Shown here in pieces: positions 47,195 to 55,240 of a stretch of DNA of 64,000 nt; the stretch's first letter is position 1; each line of letters begins with the position of its first letter. The notes beneath the pieces were generated by a model, which was not told where the DNA came from, ran no database searches, and saw only the letters and a program-made list of their open reading frames with translations. The position numbers were made by a program, and so were the translations under genes. The DNA lies in IMG/VR virus record IMGVR_UViG_3300041964_000099, positions 1 through 64,000 of that record, one strand, 5' to 3'. The stretch is from a virus.

Positions 47195-47591
47195 GGCAAC
47201 TGATATGGAAAAGAGCTGTAATACTTGCTATTGGGGAGCGGTTATCTGCGGAACCCGCACGGTCACAGGTCAAGAGCGGCTGGACTGCTACAACGAAGAC
47301 TCAGATGCAGTGTTTGAGTTCCTTGAGCAGCATGGCTGCGAAGATGGCAGCAACGTTACGCCTGAATGGGGCGCAGAATGTCCAGGCTGGATTGAAAAAA
47401 TAATCGAACCTGACCCAGAGCCAGAGCCAGAGCTGACGCCGGAGGAACAAGAGAAGCTGCGGCTATCTGCCGAAGTGTCCGATCGCGCCTACCTGATTTC
47501 GATCGGCCACATGACTGAAGAAGGAGAGCTGACAGATAGTTATTATCACGCTGCTGATTTTGCATATGACGCTGCCAGAGAGCGGCGATAA
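47181..47591 (+). CDS. hypothetical protein with Cys motif
   Basis: CNTC...C...CP.W; 136 aa. Confidence 0.6.
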   Translation: MKNSEATDMEKSCNTCYWGAVICGTRTVTGQERLDCYNEDSDAVFEFLEQHGCEDGSNVTPEWGAECPGWIEKIIEPDPEPEPELTPEEQEKLRLSAEVSDRAYLISIGHMTEEGELTDSYYHAADFAYDAARERR

Positions 47592-47611
47592 CGCAGTGAG
47601 GAGCAAAATTT

Positions 47612-47794
47612 ATGATTGAAGGTGTTCAACCATTTTTTGTGGGCGATCGGGTTGAGTGGATATCGGAAAGTCGTCTTGCAGGCAAAAAAGGCAAGATTAC
47701 AAATTCCGGCAGTATTTGGAGTTTCGTAAAAATTGACGGTTCGGAACAGGAAGAGTACACCAGAACCGCCCTACTTAAGCTGGTGGAAACGTAA
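47612..47794 (+). CDS. small SH3/KOW-like hypothetical protein
   Basis: VGDRVEW...GKKGKIT...VKIDG; GAGGAG RBS. Confidence 0.55.
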   Translation: MIEGVQPFFVGDRVEWISESRLAGKKGKITNSGSIWSFVKIDGSEQEEYTRTALLKLVET

Positions 47795-48026
47795 TCGCGT
47801 CTTCACTTCCGTCAATTTCCTCCACATCCAATACCGCCAGCGCAGTTGCTAAGCAGTTTGTCTCAAGCAACTTGCGCTGTTGTTTGCCATACGGTTTTTC
47901 AAAAACTTGCCAGCAGCCTTGATGCACTAACCAGCGATCACCGCAGGTTAGATAAGCTGCTTTGGTTTTGAGAAGGCGGGCGATCGCCTCCTCAGATAAA
48001 GTTTCAGGGTGCGATGAACAAGACAT
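47775..48026 (-). CDS. hypothetical protein
   Basis: 83-aa minus-strand ORF filling an otherwise empty gap. Confidence 0.35.
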   Translation of the reverse strand: MSCSSHPETLSEEAIARLLKTKAAYLTCGDRWLVHQGCWQVFEKPYGKQQRKLLETNCLATALAVLDVEEIDGSEDAITFPPA

Positions 48027-48205
48027 ATCAATTAGCTAGGAGGATTATGACTCGCACAACACGCAAAAAGCGCTATCGCAAAATTGAACGCAACCAGCGC
48101 CGCTTAAACCCAGCCCCAAAAGAAACGCCAGTGGAGGAAGCATCTAGAGTCGGCGAAGAGTTCGTATTTGGGGTTGTCAGGTTGATCAATTGGTTCAGAA
48201 GCTAA
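48014..48205 (+). CDS. small basic hypothetical protein
   Basis: 63 aa; AGGAGG before an internal ATG. Confidence 0.45.
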   Translation: MNKTYQLARRIMTRTTRKKRYRKIERNQRRLNPAPKETPVEEASRVGEEFVFGVVRLINWFRS

Positions 48206-48212
48206 AACGATC

Positions 48213-48239
48213 GCGCCCCACCTATTTCAGGTGGGGCGC
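48213..48239. terminator. terminator hairpin ending the plus-strand run
   Basis: GCGCCCCACCT / AGGTGGGGCGC 11-bp arms between convergent genes. Confidence 0.7.
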
Positions 48240-48254
48240 TGCTGAAAATGAACA

Positions 48255-49055
48255 TTAGCCGACGATCGAGGCTGGATTTACATCTTCAATTGCAATGTTT
48301 TTTGCAACCTCAAAAAGATTGCCAAACGCATCGGTCACACGACGATATTGATTCACAAACCTGCGATAGTTTGTGTGGTTGATATCAGCCAGAAAACGCG
48401 CTTCAACAATGCTGTCTGGATTATCTGGCTCTAAGGTATCAAGCAGCCGCAGCAAATCCGGCAATTCAGCAGGGCGCACATAGTCTTCCCGCCGAAAGGT
48501 TACAGCCTCCACAAGGTTTCGCCTTGGCGTCATGATTCGTGAGCTTTCAGTCATGGCGACTTGCTTTTGGTTGGAAACTCGTACCAGTCCTTGCCGCCAC
48601 TCTGGATGCTCTAAGAACTCTCCCAATACGTGATAAATAGGCAAAGATATGTACAGTTTGCCGAGCTGCAATCCTGGAACAGCTAAAATTTCGCTTGGAA
48701 ACGAATTGGTTTGCATAAGTCTCCTCTCAAATTGAATGTCTTGATAGTTCTTTATGTCGATCGTAATAGGTCTGCCGCATTGCGGCCATGCAAAGCGTAG
48801 CTGACTTACAGACCGGCCTGAAGCAATCATCTGCTGGGCAAAAAAATGATTGTGTTGATGCAGCAAGCGAGCATCAGTACGATCGCGGCAGTGAAAAGTA
48901 ATACTTTCCACGTTTGAAGTGGCTTCAGCGCAAAACAGCCTTGTAGCCAGGTCAGTTTCTCCCAGCTTCATCAAAACTGCAACACACTCCGCCTTAAATA
49001 GCTGGCCGTGATGTAGCGTTAAATCGCGTGGATACTCAAATTTCAACTGCTTCAT
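48255..49055 (-). CDS. hypothetical protein co-transcribed with the XRE regulator
   Basis: 266 aa; overlaps the XRE stop; C-terminal half may be PAS-like (unverified). Confidence 0.7.
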   Translation of the reverse strand: MKQLKFEYPRDLTLHHGQLFKAECVAVLMKLGETDLATRLFCAEATSNVESITFHCRDRTDARLLHQHNHFFAQQMIASGRSVSQLRFAWPQCGRPITIDIKNYQDIQFERRLMQTNSFPSEILAVPGLQLGKLYISLPIYHVLGEFLEHPEWRQGLVRVSNQKQVAMTESSRIMTPRRNLVEAVTFRREDYVRPAELPDLLRLLDTLEPDNPDSIVEARFLADINHTNYRRFVNQYRRVTDAFGNLFEVAKNIAIEDVNPASIVG

Positions 49056-49720
49056 ACTCGCTTCCCTTCTCTTCTACTTGATCCGTTTTTGCGCTTTCCA
49101 GCGCTCATCAGCTCAGCTACTGACCACTCCTGCCCACCTGGTTTGGTCAGAATTCTCGCCAAACATTCAGCCTGATGCAACGTAATTGACGCTCCGCCAA
49201 GCAAGCTATCAATTACGGCTGGCTCTAGCAGCACGTCCTCTGCAAACGCTTCGATCCGCTGCCTACCAGCAAGGTGACTCCAGGCGCGATCGGGCTTTGC
49301 CATCTCACCCACAATTAACTGGGCAATCGTCAGCTTTGACGAATCGATCTGCATTTGATCGATCAGCAGTTGCACCAGCTCAAATTTTTCTTCTTCTGAA
49401 AGAGTGGAAGCCCATGCCGCAACTCGCGACACGGTTAAAACTTCCCCCTGCGGCGACGCTCCGAAATTTTCCAGCAAAACTGCAAGTGTAATGTCGCCGT
49501 GCAAATAGAGTTCAATCTGGGCCACAGTTGTGCCCAAATAATCTGCCAGCTTGATGCGAGCGCCGCGCATTCGATCGCCTCTGGCCCAGCGTCGCAAAGT
49601 GTCGCGAGAAATTCCAATCAGCTTGGCAGCTTCCGCCTCACTGCGATTTCCGCGCAGACGTTTGATTAAATCAACTTGATTTTTGCGACGGGGATCGGCA
49701 GATGAATTCATGTCTTTCAT
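49052..49720 (-). CDS. XRE-family HTH transcriptional regulator
   Basis: LIKRLRGNRSEAEAAKLIGISRDTLRRWARG...KLADYLG. Confidence 0.85.
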   Translation of the reverse strand: MKDMNSSADPRRKNQVDLIKRLRGNRSEAEAAKLIGISRDTLRRWARGDRMRGARIKLADYLGTTVAQIELYLHGDITLAVLLENFGASPQGEVLTVSRVAAWASTLSEEEKFELVQLLIDQMQIDSSKLTIAQLIVGEMAKPDRAWSHLAGRQRIEAFAEDVLLEPAVIDSLLGGASITLHQAECLARILTKPGGQEWSVAELMSAGKRKNGSSRREGKRV

Positions 49721-49729
49721 TAAAGCAAC

Positions 49730-49821
49730 ATCGGCAGAAAATCTACACCCCTGGCCTGAAATTAATCGCTTGAAGTTGAGCTGTCAATCAAACAAGTCAA
49801 CCAATCGGCAGAAAATCTACA
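49730..49821 (+). promoter_or_regulatory. 18-bp direct repeat, operator-like
   Basis: ATCGGCAGAAAATCTACA at 49730-49747 and 49804-49821; partial ATCGGCAGA at 49694. Confidence 0.7.
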
Positions 49822-49839
49822 TATCCTGTCGAAAACCTG

Positions 49840-49869
49840 TTGACTTTGCCAGAAGCGCGTGCCTATACT
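49840..49869 (+). promoter_or_regulatory. sigma70-type promoter for the rightward operon
   Basis: TTGACT, 18-nt spacer, TATACT. Confidence 0.6.
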
Positions 49870-49905
49870 GACCTCAACCAGTCGAAATCCGTCAAACCCG
49901 TACCA

Positions 49906-49945
49906 CAGACAGGTTCAGACAGGTTCAGACAGGTTCAGACAAGTT
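49906..49945 (+). repeat. 10-bp tandem repeat x4 (CAGACAGGTT)
   Basis: Three exact copies plus CAGACAAGTT, non-coding. Confidence 0.9.
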
Positions 49946-49957
49946 GTTTAAGCTGCT

Positions 49958-50260
49958 GTGATGAAGACGATCGATGTGACTGCCGGTGCAACTTCTGTCC
50001 TGCCTCAAAGCTGGGCAGAAGTTGCACAACAATACAACGTCCACCCCAAAGCAATCGAGCGCGATCGCGCTGCACTCGGTCGCCACAACGACCCGATTAA
50101 TAGAGATTTACTGAAGGAAATTGGCCTGATGCGGCGCTGGCTAGCGTTAGGCAATGGAGGCCGGAGCCGATTTAATCGCCCAAATTTTATTGATTTGAAA
50201 AATAAGGGATTACTTGAAGCCCAACTACAGGCAGCAGAAGCCTGTCAAGCCAGCAAGTAA
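49958..50260 (+). CDS. small HTH-like DNA-binding protein
   Basis: SWAEVAQQYNVHPKAIERDR resembles an HTH. Confidence 0.6.
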   Translation: MMKTIDVTAGATSVLPQSWAEVAQQYNVHPKAIERDRAALGRHNDPINRDLLKEIGLMRRWLALGNGGRSRFNRPNFIDLKNKGLLEAQLQAAEACQASK

Positions 50261-50277
50261 TTTCAAGCTGTCCGATC

Positions 50278-50919
50278 ATGTCTGAAGGCGTCCTTCAGAC
50301 AGCTTCACCCCAGTTCACCCTAGTTCACAAGGAGTTTGATGAAATGATCACATCCTTACAAACCAGCGCTCAAAATGCTTGCGACTACCGTGAGCGTCTT
50401 GAAATGTTGACAACGGCGATCGAAGAAGACGGTCTATGGGACAACGCAGGCAAGCCAATTCGTTCCGAAGAAATTCGGGCGATCGCTCAAGTAGCCACGG
50501 ACATTACATCTGAGCTGACAAAATACTGCCCTGTGGAAGGCTGGATACCACTTGAGCCAGAAGAATTGAAAAGCCACATGATGAATGCCGCCCAAGAAGT
50601 TTTAGACGGTTATCGCTATTTCAACGGTCGATTACCAGACAGTCATGAGTCTCAAGTCCAAGAGCGAGTTTATTTTCTGCTTGGAAAGGTTAAGCCGCTT
50701 CATGTCCGACTGGCAGATTGGCTCAGCCGCATCAACCCCGCTGTTCTAAAAACACTGGCTGTACTTGTTTTGGCTGTTTTATGTCTCGCGCTTTTTCATC
50801 CTACTGGTCAACCCAGCCCTAGCAGCTTCTCCTCTCAAGTTCAACACCTTGGCAAAAACGCATTGAAAAAATTCTGCGTTACGCCAAATGATGTGCCCTT
50901 GAGCTTTGAACTGGACTAA
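50278..50919 (+). CDS. protein with a C-terminal transmembrane helix
   Basis: LKTLAVLVLAVLCLALFH; 213 aa. Confidence 0.7.
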   Translation: MSEGVLQTASPQFTLVHKEFDEMITSLQTSAQNACDYRERLEMLTTAIEEDGLWDNAGKPIRSEEIRAIAQVATDITSELTKYCPVEGWIPLEPEELKSHMMNAAQEVLDGYRYFNGRLPDSHESQVQERVYFLLGKVKPLHVRLADWLSRINPAVLKTLAVLVLAVLCLALFHPTGQPSPSSFSSQVQHLGKNALKKFCVTPNDVPLSFELD

Positions 50920-50989
50920 ACCAGTCTGAAGCTGTCCAAATCCTCTGATGTCACCCACTTCACTTCGTTCCACTATCTACCGTTAAGTC

Positions 50990-51655
50990 ATGACAGGTTT
51001 TCAAACATTTTCAGCTCAACAAATCTACGCTGCACATCGCATCCTCGCCAAGGATGTCGAAGCGATCGCCGAATACCTGGGATTTGCCGAATCTCGGTTT
51101 AGCAATCTGCAAGTAGAGCAAATTATCAAATTTGTAAAGGAGGCAAAGCAACACGGCAAAACGATCAACCAGTTCATCGCGAGTCTGAAGTCTGCACAGG
51201 CAGAACAGGCAGAACAGCCACAACAAGAAGTGACGCCGGACTTTGGCGGCGACCAGCCAGCCGTAAGCACTGAGTCAGCCCTTGCAAAAGTTCATTTGCA
51301 ATCGAGACAGGATGCACTGCTCGCAGGAGTTGGCGCACAGCTTCAGGAATTCAAAGATTTTGGCAAAGGCAAGCAACTGGTCGTAGAGCTGCTGAATGGC
51401 GATCGCGTTCCTGCCAGCGAATTAGAGCAAGCCATTCTCGATAATGCAAAAGCTTCACTGGCAGCAGCAGCTAAGGGTTTTAACTCTTTTTTGTCGCGCG
51501 ACGGGGGGAAGCTGCAATTTATGACAGCGGATACCCAGCCGCTGACGCTGACAGATGCGATTCAGGCGCACCTCGATCGAAACAACCTCAAGTTGGCAGC
51601 TCTACCAGCAGACCAAACAGTAGATGTCCAAAGCCTGCCCGCAGCAGCCCTATAA
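50990..51655 (+). CDS. hypothetical protein, possible N-terminal HTH
   Basis: DVEAIAEYLGF...QVEQI; 221 aa. Confidence 0.7.
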   Translation: MTGFQTFSAQQIYAAHRILAKDVEAIAEYLGFAESRFSNLQVEQIIKFVKEAKQHGKTINQFIASLKSAQAEQAEQPQQEVTPDFGGDQPAVSTESALAKVHLQSRQDALLAGVGAQLQEFKDFGKGKQLVVELLNGDRVPASELEQAILDNAKASLAAAAKGFNSFLSRDGGKLQFMTADTQPLTLTDAIQAHLDRNNLKLAALPADQTVDVQSLPAAAL

Positions 51656-51672
51656 GCAGAGAGACCGCCCCG

Positions 51673-52374
51673 ATGAAACCCAACTGGATAGGTTCTCTTC
51701 CCCCCTCAGTTTCACGCCCGTTGTGTGGCGTGGTTTTGGCCGTGGCCTGCATCGGTGGCGGCCTGGAACTTGCAAAGCAAGCCTTTGGGCTTGACGTTCC
51801 GCCGTTGAAGCAGACGGCAGTTCCAATTGCTGCAACCGGCCTGTTTGTAGGCATTTGGTTTTCGACCGAGAAAAATCCTTCAGAAGAATTCGTTTCTTCT
51901 GAAGAAGCTGCGGCTGCTCCACCCTCCCCAACCGGCTCGCCGGATGAAAATACTCGTGCGATCGATCTGTACGTGGGATGGGCCAACACGCTGCCAGAGG
52001 ATCGAGCCGTTCAAGCGATCGATCGACTGGCTCAAGTTGCTGCAATGCGTGAGGAAATTAAAAAGCAGCCGTTGCCGCAACAGACACGCCTGTATGGGGA
52101 AATGCCCTGGCAGACGGTCGATCGATTTGTCGTGCCACAGCAAGCCGAACTGCCACCGGCTTCAGCCCCAGCAATCACTTCCCCTGTACGTGAGGAAAAA
52201 ATCAATGAACCTGTTAATCGAAGTTCAGCAGCAGCGCCCACAAGTCCTCAGTCCTTCCGGCTCGAAGAACCTTGCGGCGCGGCCTCAAATGGTTCAACTC
52301 CAGCCTCAAGCGCACAAAAGTTTGAAGCCGTCTTCAACTCAGATACTTGGGCTGATGAGTCGATACCCGTCTAA
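51673..52374 (+). CDS. membrane protein with Pro/Ser-rich tail
   Basis: Hydrophobic GVVLAVACIGGGL and IAATGLFVGIWF. Confidence 0.65.
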   Translation: MKPNWIGSLPPSVSRPLCGVVLAVACIGGGLELAKQAFGLDVPPLKQTAVPIAATGLFVGIWFSTEKNPSEEFVSSEEAAAAPPSPTGSPDENTRAIDLYVGWANTLPEDRAVQAIDRLAQVAAMREEIKKQPLPQQTRLYGEMPWQTVDRFVVPQQAELPPASAPAITSPVREEKINEPVNRSSAAAPTSPQSFRLEEPCGAASNGSTPASSAQKFEAVFNSDTWADESIPV

Positions 52375-52504
52375 GCGATCATTCCACCGCTGGGGGTTTC
52401 GCATTGGAGCGCTGGCGATCGCCTTGTGTGCGATCATCCTGCCCAGCTTGAGCGGAACTCATGCAATGGCCGCTGAGCCAAATTCAACAAAACTCGTCAG
52501 TTGA
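52355..52504 (+). CDS. small signal-peptide/membrane peptide (49 aa)
   Basis: MSRYPSKRSFHRWGFRIGALAIALCAIILPSLSGTHAMAAEPNSTKLVS; basic N-terminus, hydrophobic core, AMA motif. Confidence 0.5.
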   Translation: MSRYPSKRSFHRWGFRIGALAIALCAIILPSLSGTHAMAAEPNSTKLVS

Positions 52505-52517
52505 GATCGAGGTAGGG

Positions 52518-53207
52518 ATGCAAATTGAACTAAGAAATGTAGGGAGCATTGTTTTCAACACGGGCGCAGAAAATCAAACTGTCTGGCCTGAAATGAGAGC
52601 GCAATTAGAGCCAGCGCCCTCACCATTGCCATCCCTACCCGCTGCATCTCAAAAGCAAATTGCTGCTTCAGACACATCGCCGCCATCAGCGGCGATCGTT
52701 CCCGCTCCTGCCGGGAAAATCGTTCAACCGCTGCCAACGCCGATTCCAACTCGGCCAGTCGTGCCGATGCAGCCGCCAACGCCACCACCGAGCGTTTTGG
52801 CGTTCCGCGCTGCCAAGCAGCGGCAGCAGATGCAAACTTTTTTGCCGCCACCACCGGCAAGTTTGCAGTTGCCGCCACCGCCCGCAAGCTTGGAGCAGTT
52901 GCAATTAGAACCAGAAAATGTAGAGGAAGAAAATAGCAATTCTTTCTGGTTTGGATTTCTGGATTCTTTTATTGACATTTCACTCATAGTTTTAACCATC
53001 TTGCTAGCTGGCGTAATGGCAATGCGATGGTATGAGGAAAGATCCCAGCCTGAATCGCAAACTCCGGCTCCAACTTCAACGCCACGACCCCAACGCCGAC
53101 CCCAACGCCGACGCCCAACGCCGACCCCAACTTCAACGCCAACCCCTGCGGCTGGCTCTCAGCCTGTTCCAGTTCCAGCAATCCCAATTCCGCAAGGAAG
53201 ACAATGA
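52518..53207 (+). CDS. proline-rich single-pass membrane protein
   Basis: PPPP tracts; ISLIVLTILLAGVMAM; probable ATG 52518. Confidence 0.7.
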   Translation: MQIELRNVGSIVFNTGAENQTVWPEMRAQLEPAPSPLPSLPAASQKQIAASDTSPPSAAIVPAPAGKIVQPLPTPIPTRPVVPMQPPTPPPSVLAFRAAKQRQQMQTFLPPPPASLQLPPPPASLEQLQLEPENVEEENSNSFWFGFLDSFIDISLIVLTILLAGVMAMRWYEERSQPESQTPAPTSTPRPQRRPQRRRPTPTPTSTPTPAAGSQPVPVPAIPIPQGRQ

Positions 53208-53680
53208 CCATCAATCCACCTGATGAATGGCGAGAGTGGACAAACACAGTGCATGTCTACAATGAGCCTGTCCCAGAAGAATCGCCAAATCCGCAGCAGA
53301 ACCCTGAAAATAACGCGAAGCCCATTGCGATCGCGATTACTACCTTTCAGTGGCGAGCGATTTTTATGGAAACGTTTTTCTATGCCACAACAGCTTTTGT
53401 CGCGTTCTGGGTGATAGAGAAATTTCTAGGTTTCCTGCTGACTGCTGCCATTGTCTTGATGTCCGTGGCGCTGGCCGCCGCGTTCCTAGTGTATTGCCAT
53501 CGCAGCGGGCCGCTGATTGTGCGAGCCGTGCGGCTTAGCCAGCTTTCTCAGACAGTGAACCTGCGCAGAGACTGGGATGAGTCTATCCATCTCCTGTACC
53601 AGGTCGCCGCGCAATTCGTTTTCCTGTGCGAATTGGCGATCGCCCTGGCAATTGCCTTAAGTTTGACAATTTTGTTGTGA
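53204..53680 (+). CDS. multi-pass membrane protein
   Basis: Three to four hydrophobic segments; ATGA coupling. Confidence 0.7.
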   Translation: MTINPPDEWREWTNTVHVYNEPVPEESPNPQQNPENNAKPIAIAITTFQWRAIFMETFFYATTAFVAFWVIEKFLGFLLTAAIVLMSVALAAAFLVYCHRSGPLIVRAVRLSQLSQTVNLRRDWDESIHLLYQVAAQFVFLCELAIALAIALSLTILL

Positions 53681-53686
53681 AGTGAA

Positions 53687-55240
53687 ATGCTGGCCCGATC
53701 GCTAAATGCAAGTGAGCAAAGATGGCTGTATGAAGCTGTTCAATATGCTTTGGCAACAAAGCAGACGCCAAAAAACTTTGAAGCGCTGTTAGTTGACAGC
53801 TTTCCAGAAGAGTTGCTGCCACAAGCCAAAGCGCTTTCAGTTCAGCATTATCAACACATTGTTAGCACTCAGCCGCAGTTAGTTGCTAATCCAGAGACTC
53901 CATATGAACCCCCCCTAGAAAATCAGCCGCCTGCACATAGCGCTTCTGATTCTGAACCTGTTTATGAACCAGTCTATGAGCCGCAGACTGAAGAAAGTTA
54001 TCAGCAGTACACCACAACTACAACGACAGCGCCCGCAGATGCAGCAGAACCCGATCCGCGTCCCTACTCAGAACCATTCCCGTTAGACCGCAATCCGACG
54101 CGAGAGGAACTTGAGGCAAAGGGGCAAGAACTGCTGTGGATTTGTCGCCGCCGTCGCGCTTCTTGTCTGCCGGTGAACCTTCTCAACAGCGCTCGGTTCT
54201 ATGAATTTCAGATTGTGCCAGACATAGAACAAAACGTTGCCGTTGACGCAGTTATGAAGCTGCAACAAGATTTTATTGTTCATGCTGGCCTTCCCCAATC
54301 GACCTTGCTAGAGCGGCAGTCTGGCTCAATCGGGATTCAAGTGCCAAAAGTGGAATGGGAGCCGCTGCGCTTCCTCAATCACTTTACGCCCAAAGTTATG
54401 CCGCCACAGCCAGAGCTGCCCCTCACGGCCTACATTGGCTTGGATAAAAGGCTGGAATGGATTAAGCAAAGAATTTTAGGAGTGGCGCTAGGTGGTGCGT
54501 TTGAAAGCGGCAAAAGCTGCTGGATCAAGCAAGTTGTTTTGTCGCTGATGGCAAGTCGCAACCCCAATGATTTCAAGGTCATCTTCGTTGATGTCAAGCC
54601 TGAAGGCTATGACATCTTCGATCGATCGCCCTGGTCGCTGGGATGCGACGATTTCTTGTCAACTGAGAGCAACAAATTAGATTGCTTGAGAGCAAAATGC
54701 TCAATTAAAGACCCAGGAGATTTTTACACTTTTCTGCAACTGGCCCTAATAGAAGGGGCTGAACGACAAACGTTGTTTCGCGCACACGGAACAAACAACC
54801 TCTTGGATTTCAACCAGGTGCAGCCGAACATGGCGCTGCCACAGATCCTCGTGATTGTTGATGAAACAGGAATGACGCTCGGCTCACCTGGCAGTAGTTG
54901 GCGCAAAAAAATTGGCCCGCTCTCGATCCAAGCTGTCAAAGCGCTGCGATCGTCAGGGTTCTGCTGGGTTTTTGGTGATCAGCGTCCGGCCAATCGGGTC
55001 ATCCCCGAAGACGTTGACACCAACCTGACGCTGCGAATTGGTTTTCAGGTTGGGGATAAAAATGACAGCGAAATTGTTTTAGGCCGGGGCTACCCCCAAG
55101 CCATGTATTTGCGAGGGCATGGTGATGGCTTTTGTCGCAGTGGCGGGGAATTGCAGCGCTTTCAATCTGCGCTAGTCAAGGACTCTGACATCCTCTCATT
55201 CCTGAGATGGAGCACTCAAAAATATCGAAATTTAGGCTAA
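53687..55240 (+). CDS. FtsK/SpoIIIE-family ATPase
   Basis: Walker A GAFESGKS, FVDVK, Walker B ILVIVDE, GDQRP, RIGFQV..S..VLG, LRGHGDG. Confidence 0.9.
   Translation: MLARSLNASEQRWLYEAVQYALATKQTPKNFEALLVDSFPEELLPQAKALSVQHYQHIVSTQPQLVANPETPYEPPLENQPPAHSASDSEPVYEPVYEPQTEESYQQYTTTTTTAPADAAEPDPRPYSEPFPLDRNPTREELEAKGQELLWICRRRRASCLPVNLLNSARFYEFQIVPDIEQNVAVDAVMKLQQDFIVHAGLPQSTLLERQSGSIGIQVPKVEWEPLRFLNHFTPKVMPPQPELPLTAYIGLDKRLEWIKQRILGVALGGAFESGKSCWIKQVVLSLMASRNPNDFKVIFVDVKPEGYDIFDRSPWSLGCDDFLSTESNKLDCLRAKCSIKDPGDFYTFLQLALIEGAERQTLFRAHGTNNLLDFNQVQPNMALPQILVIVDETGMTLGSPGSSWRKKIGPLSIQAVKALRSSGFCWVFGDQRPANRVIPEDVDTNLTLRIGFQVGDKNDSEIVLGRGYPQAMYLRGHGDGFCRSGGELQRFQSALVKDSDILSFLRWSTQKYRNLG

Noticed and set aside
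9731-48026. Many minus-strand and alternate-frame ORFs in the ORF track (e.g. 9731-10162, 18779-19288, 28105-28605, 44199-44678)
   Set aside because: Shadow ORFs overlapping better-supported plus-strand genes, with no RBS or recognisable motifs
53070-53150. 12-bp CCCCAACGCCGA-type repeats as a cis-element
   Set aside because: They encode a Pro/Thr/Arg linker of a membrane protein; an ordinary low-complexity coding repeat
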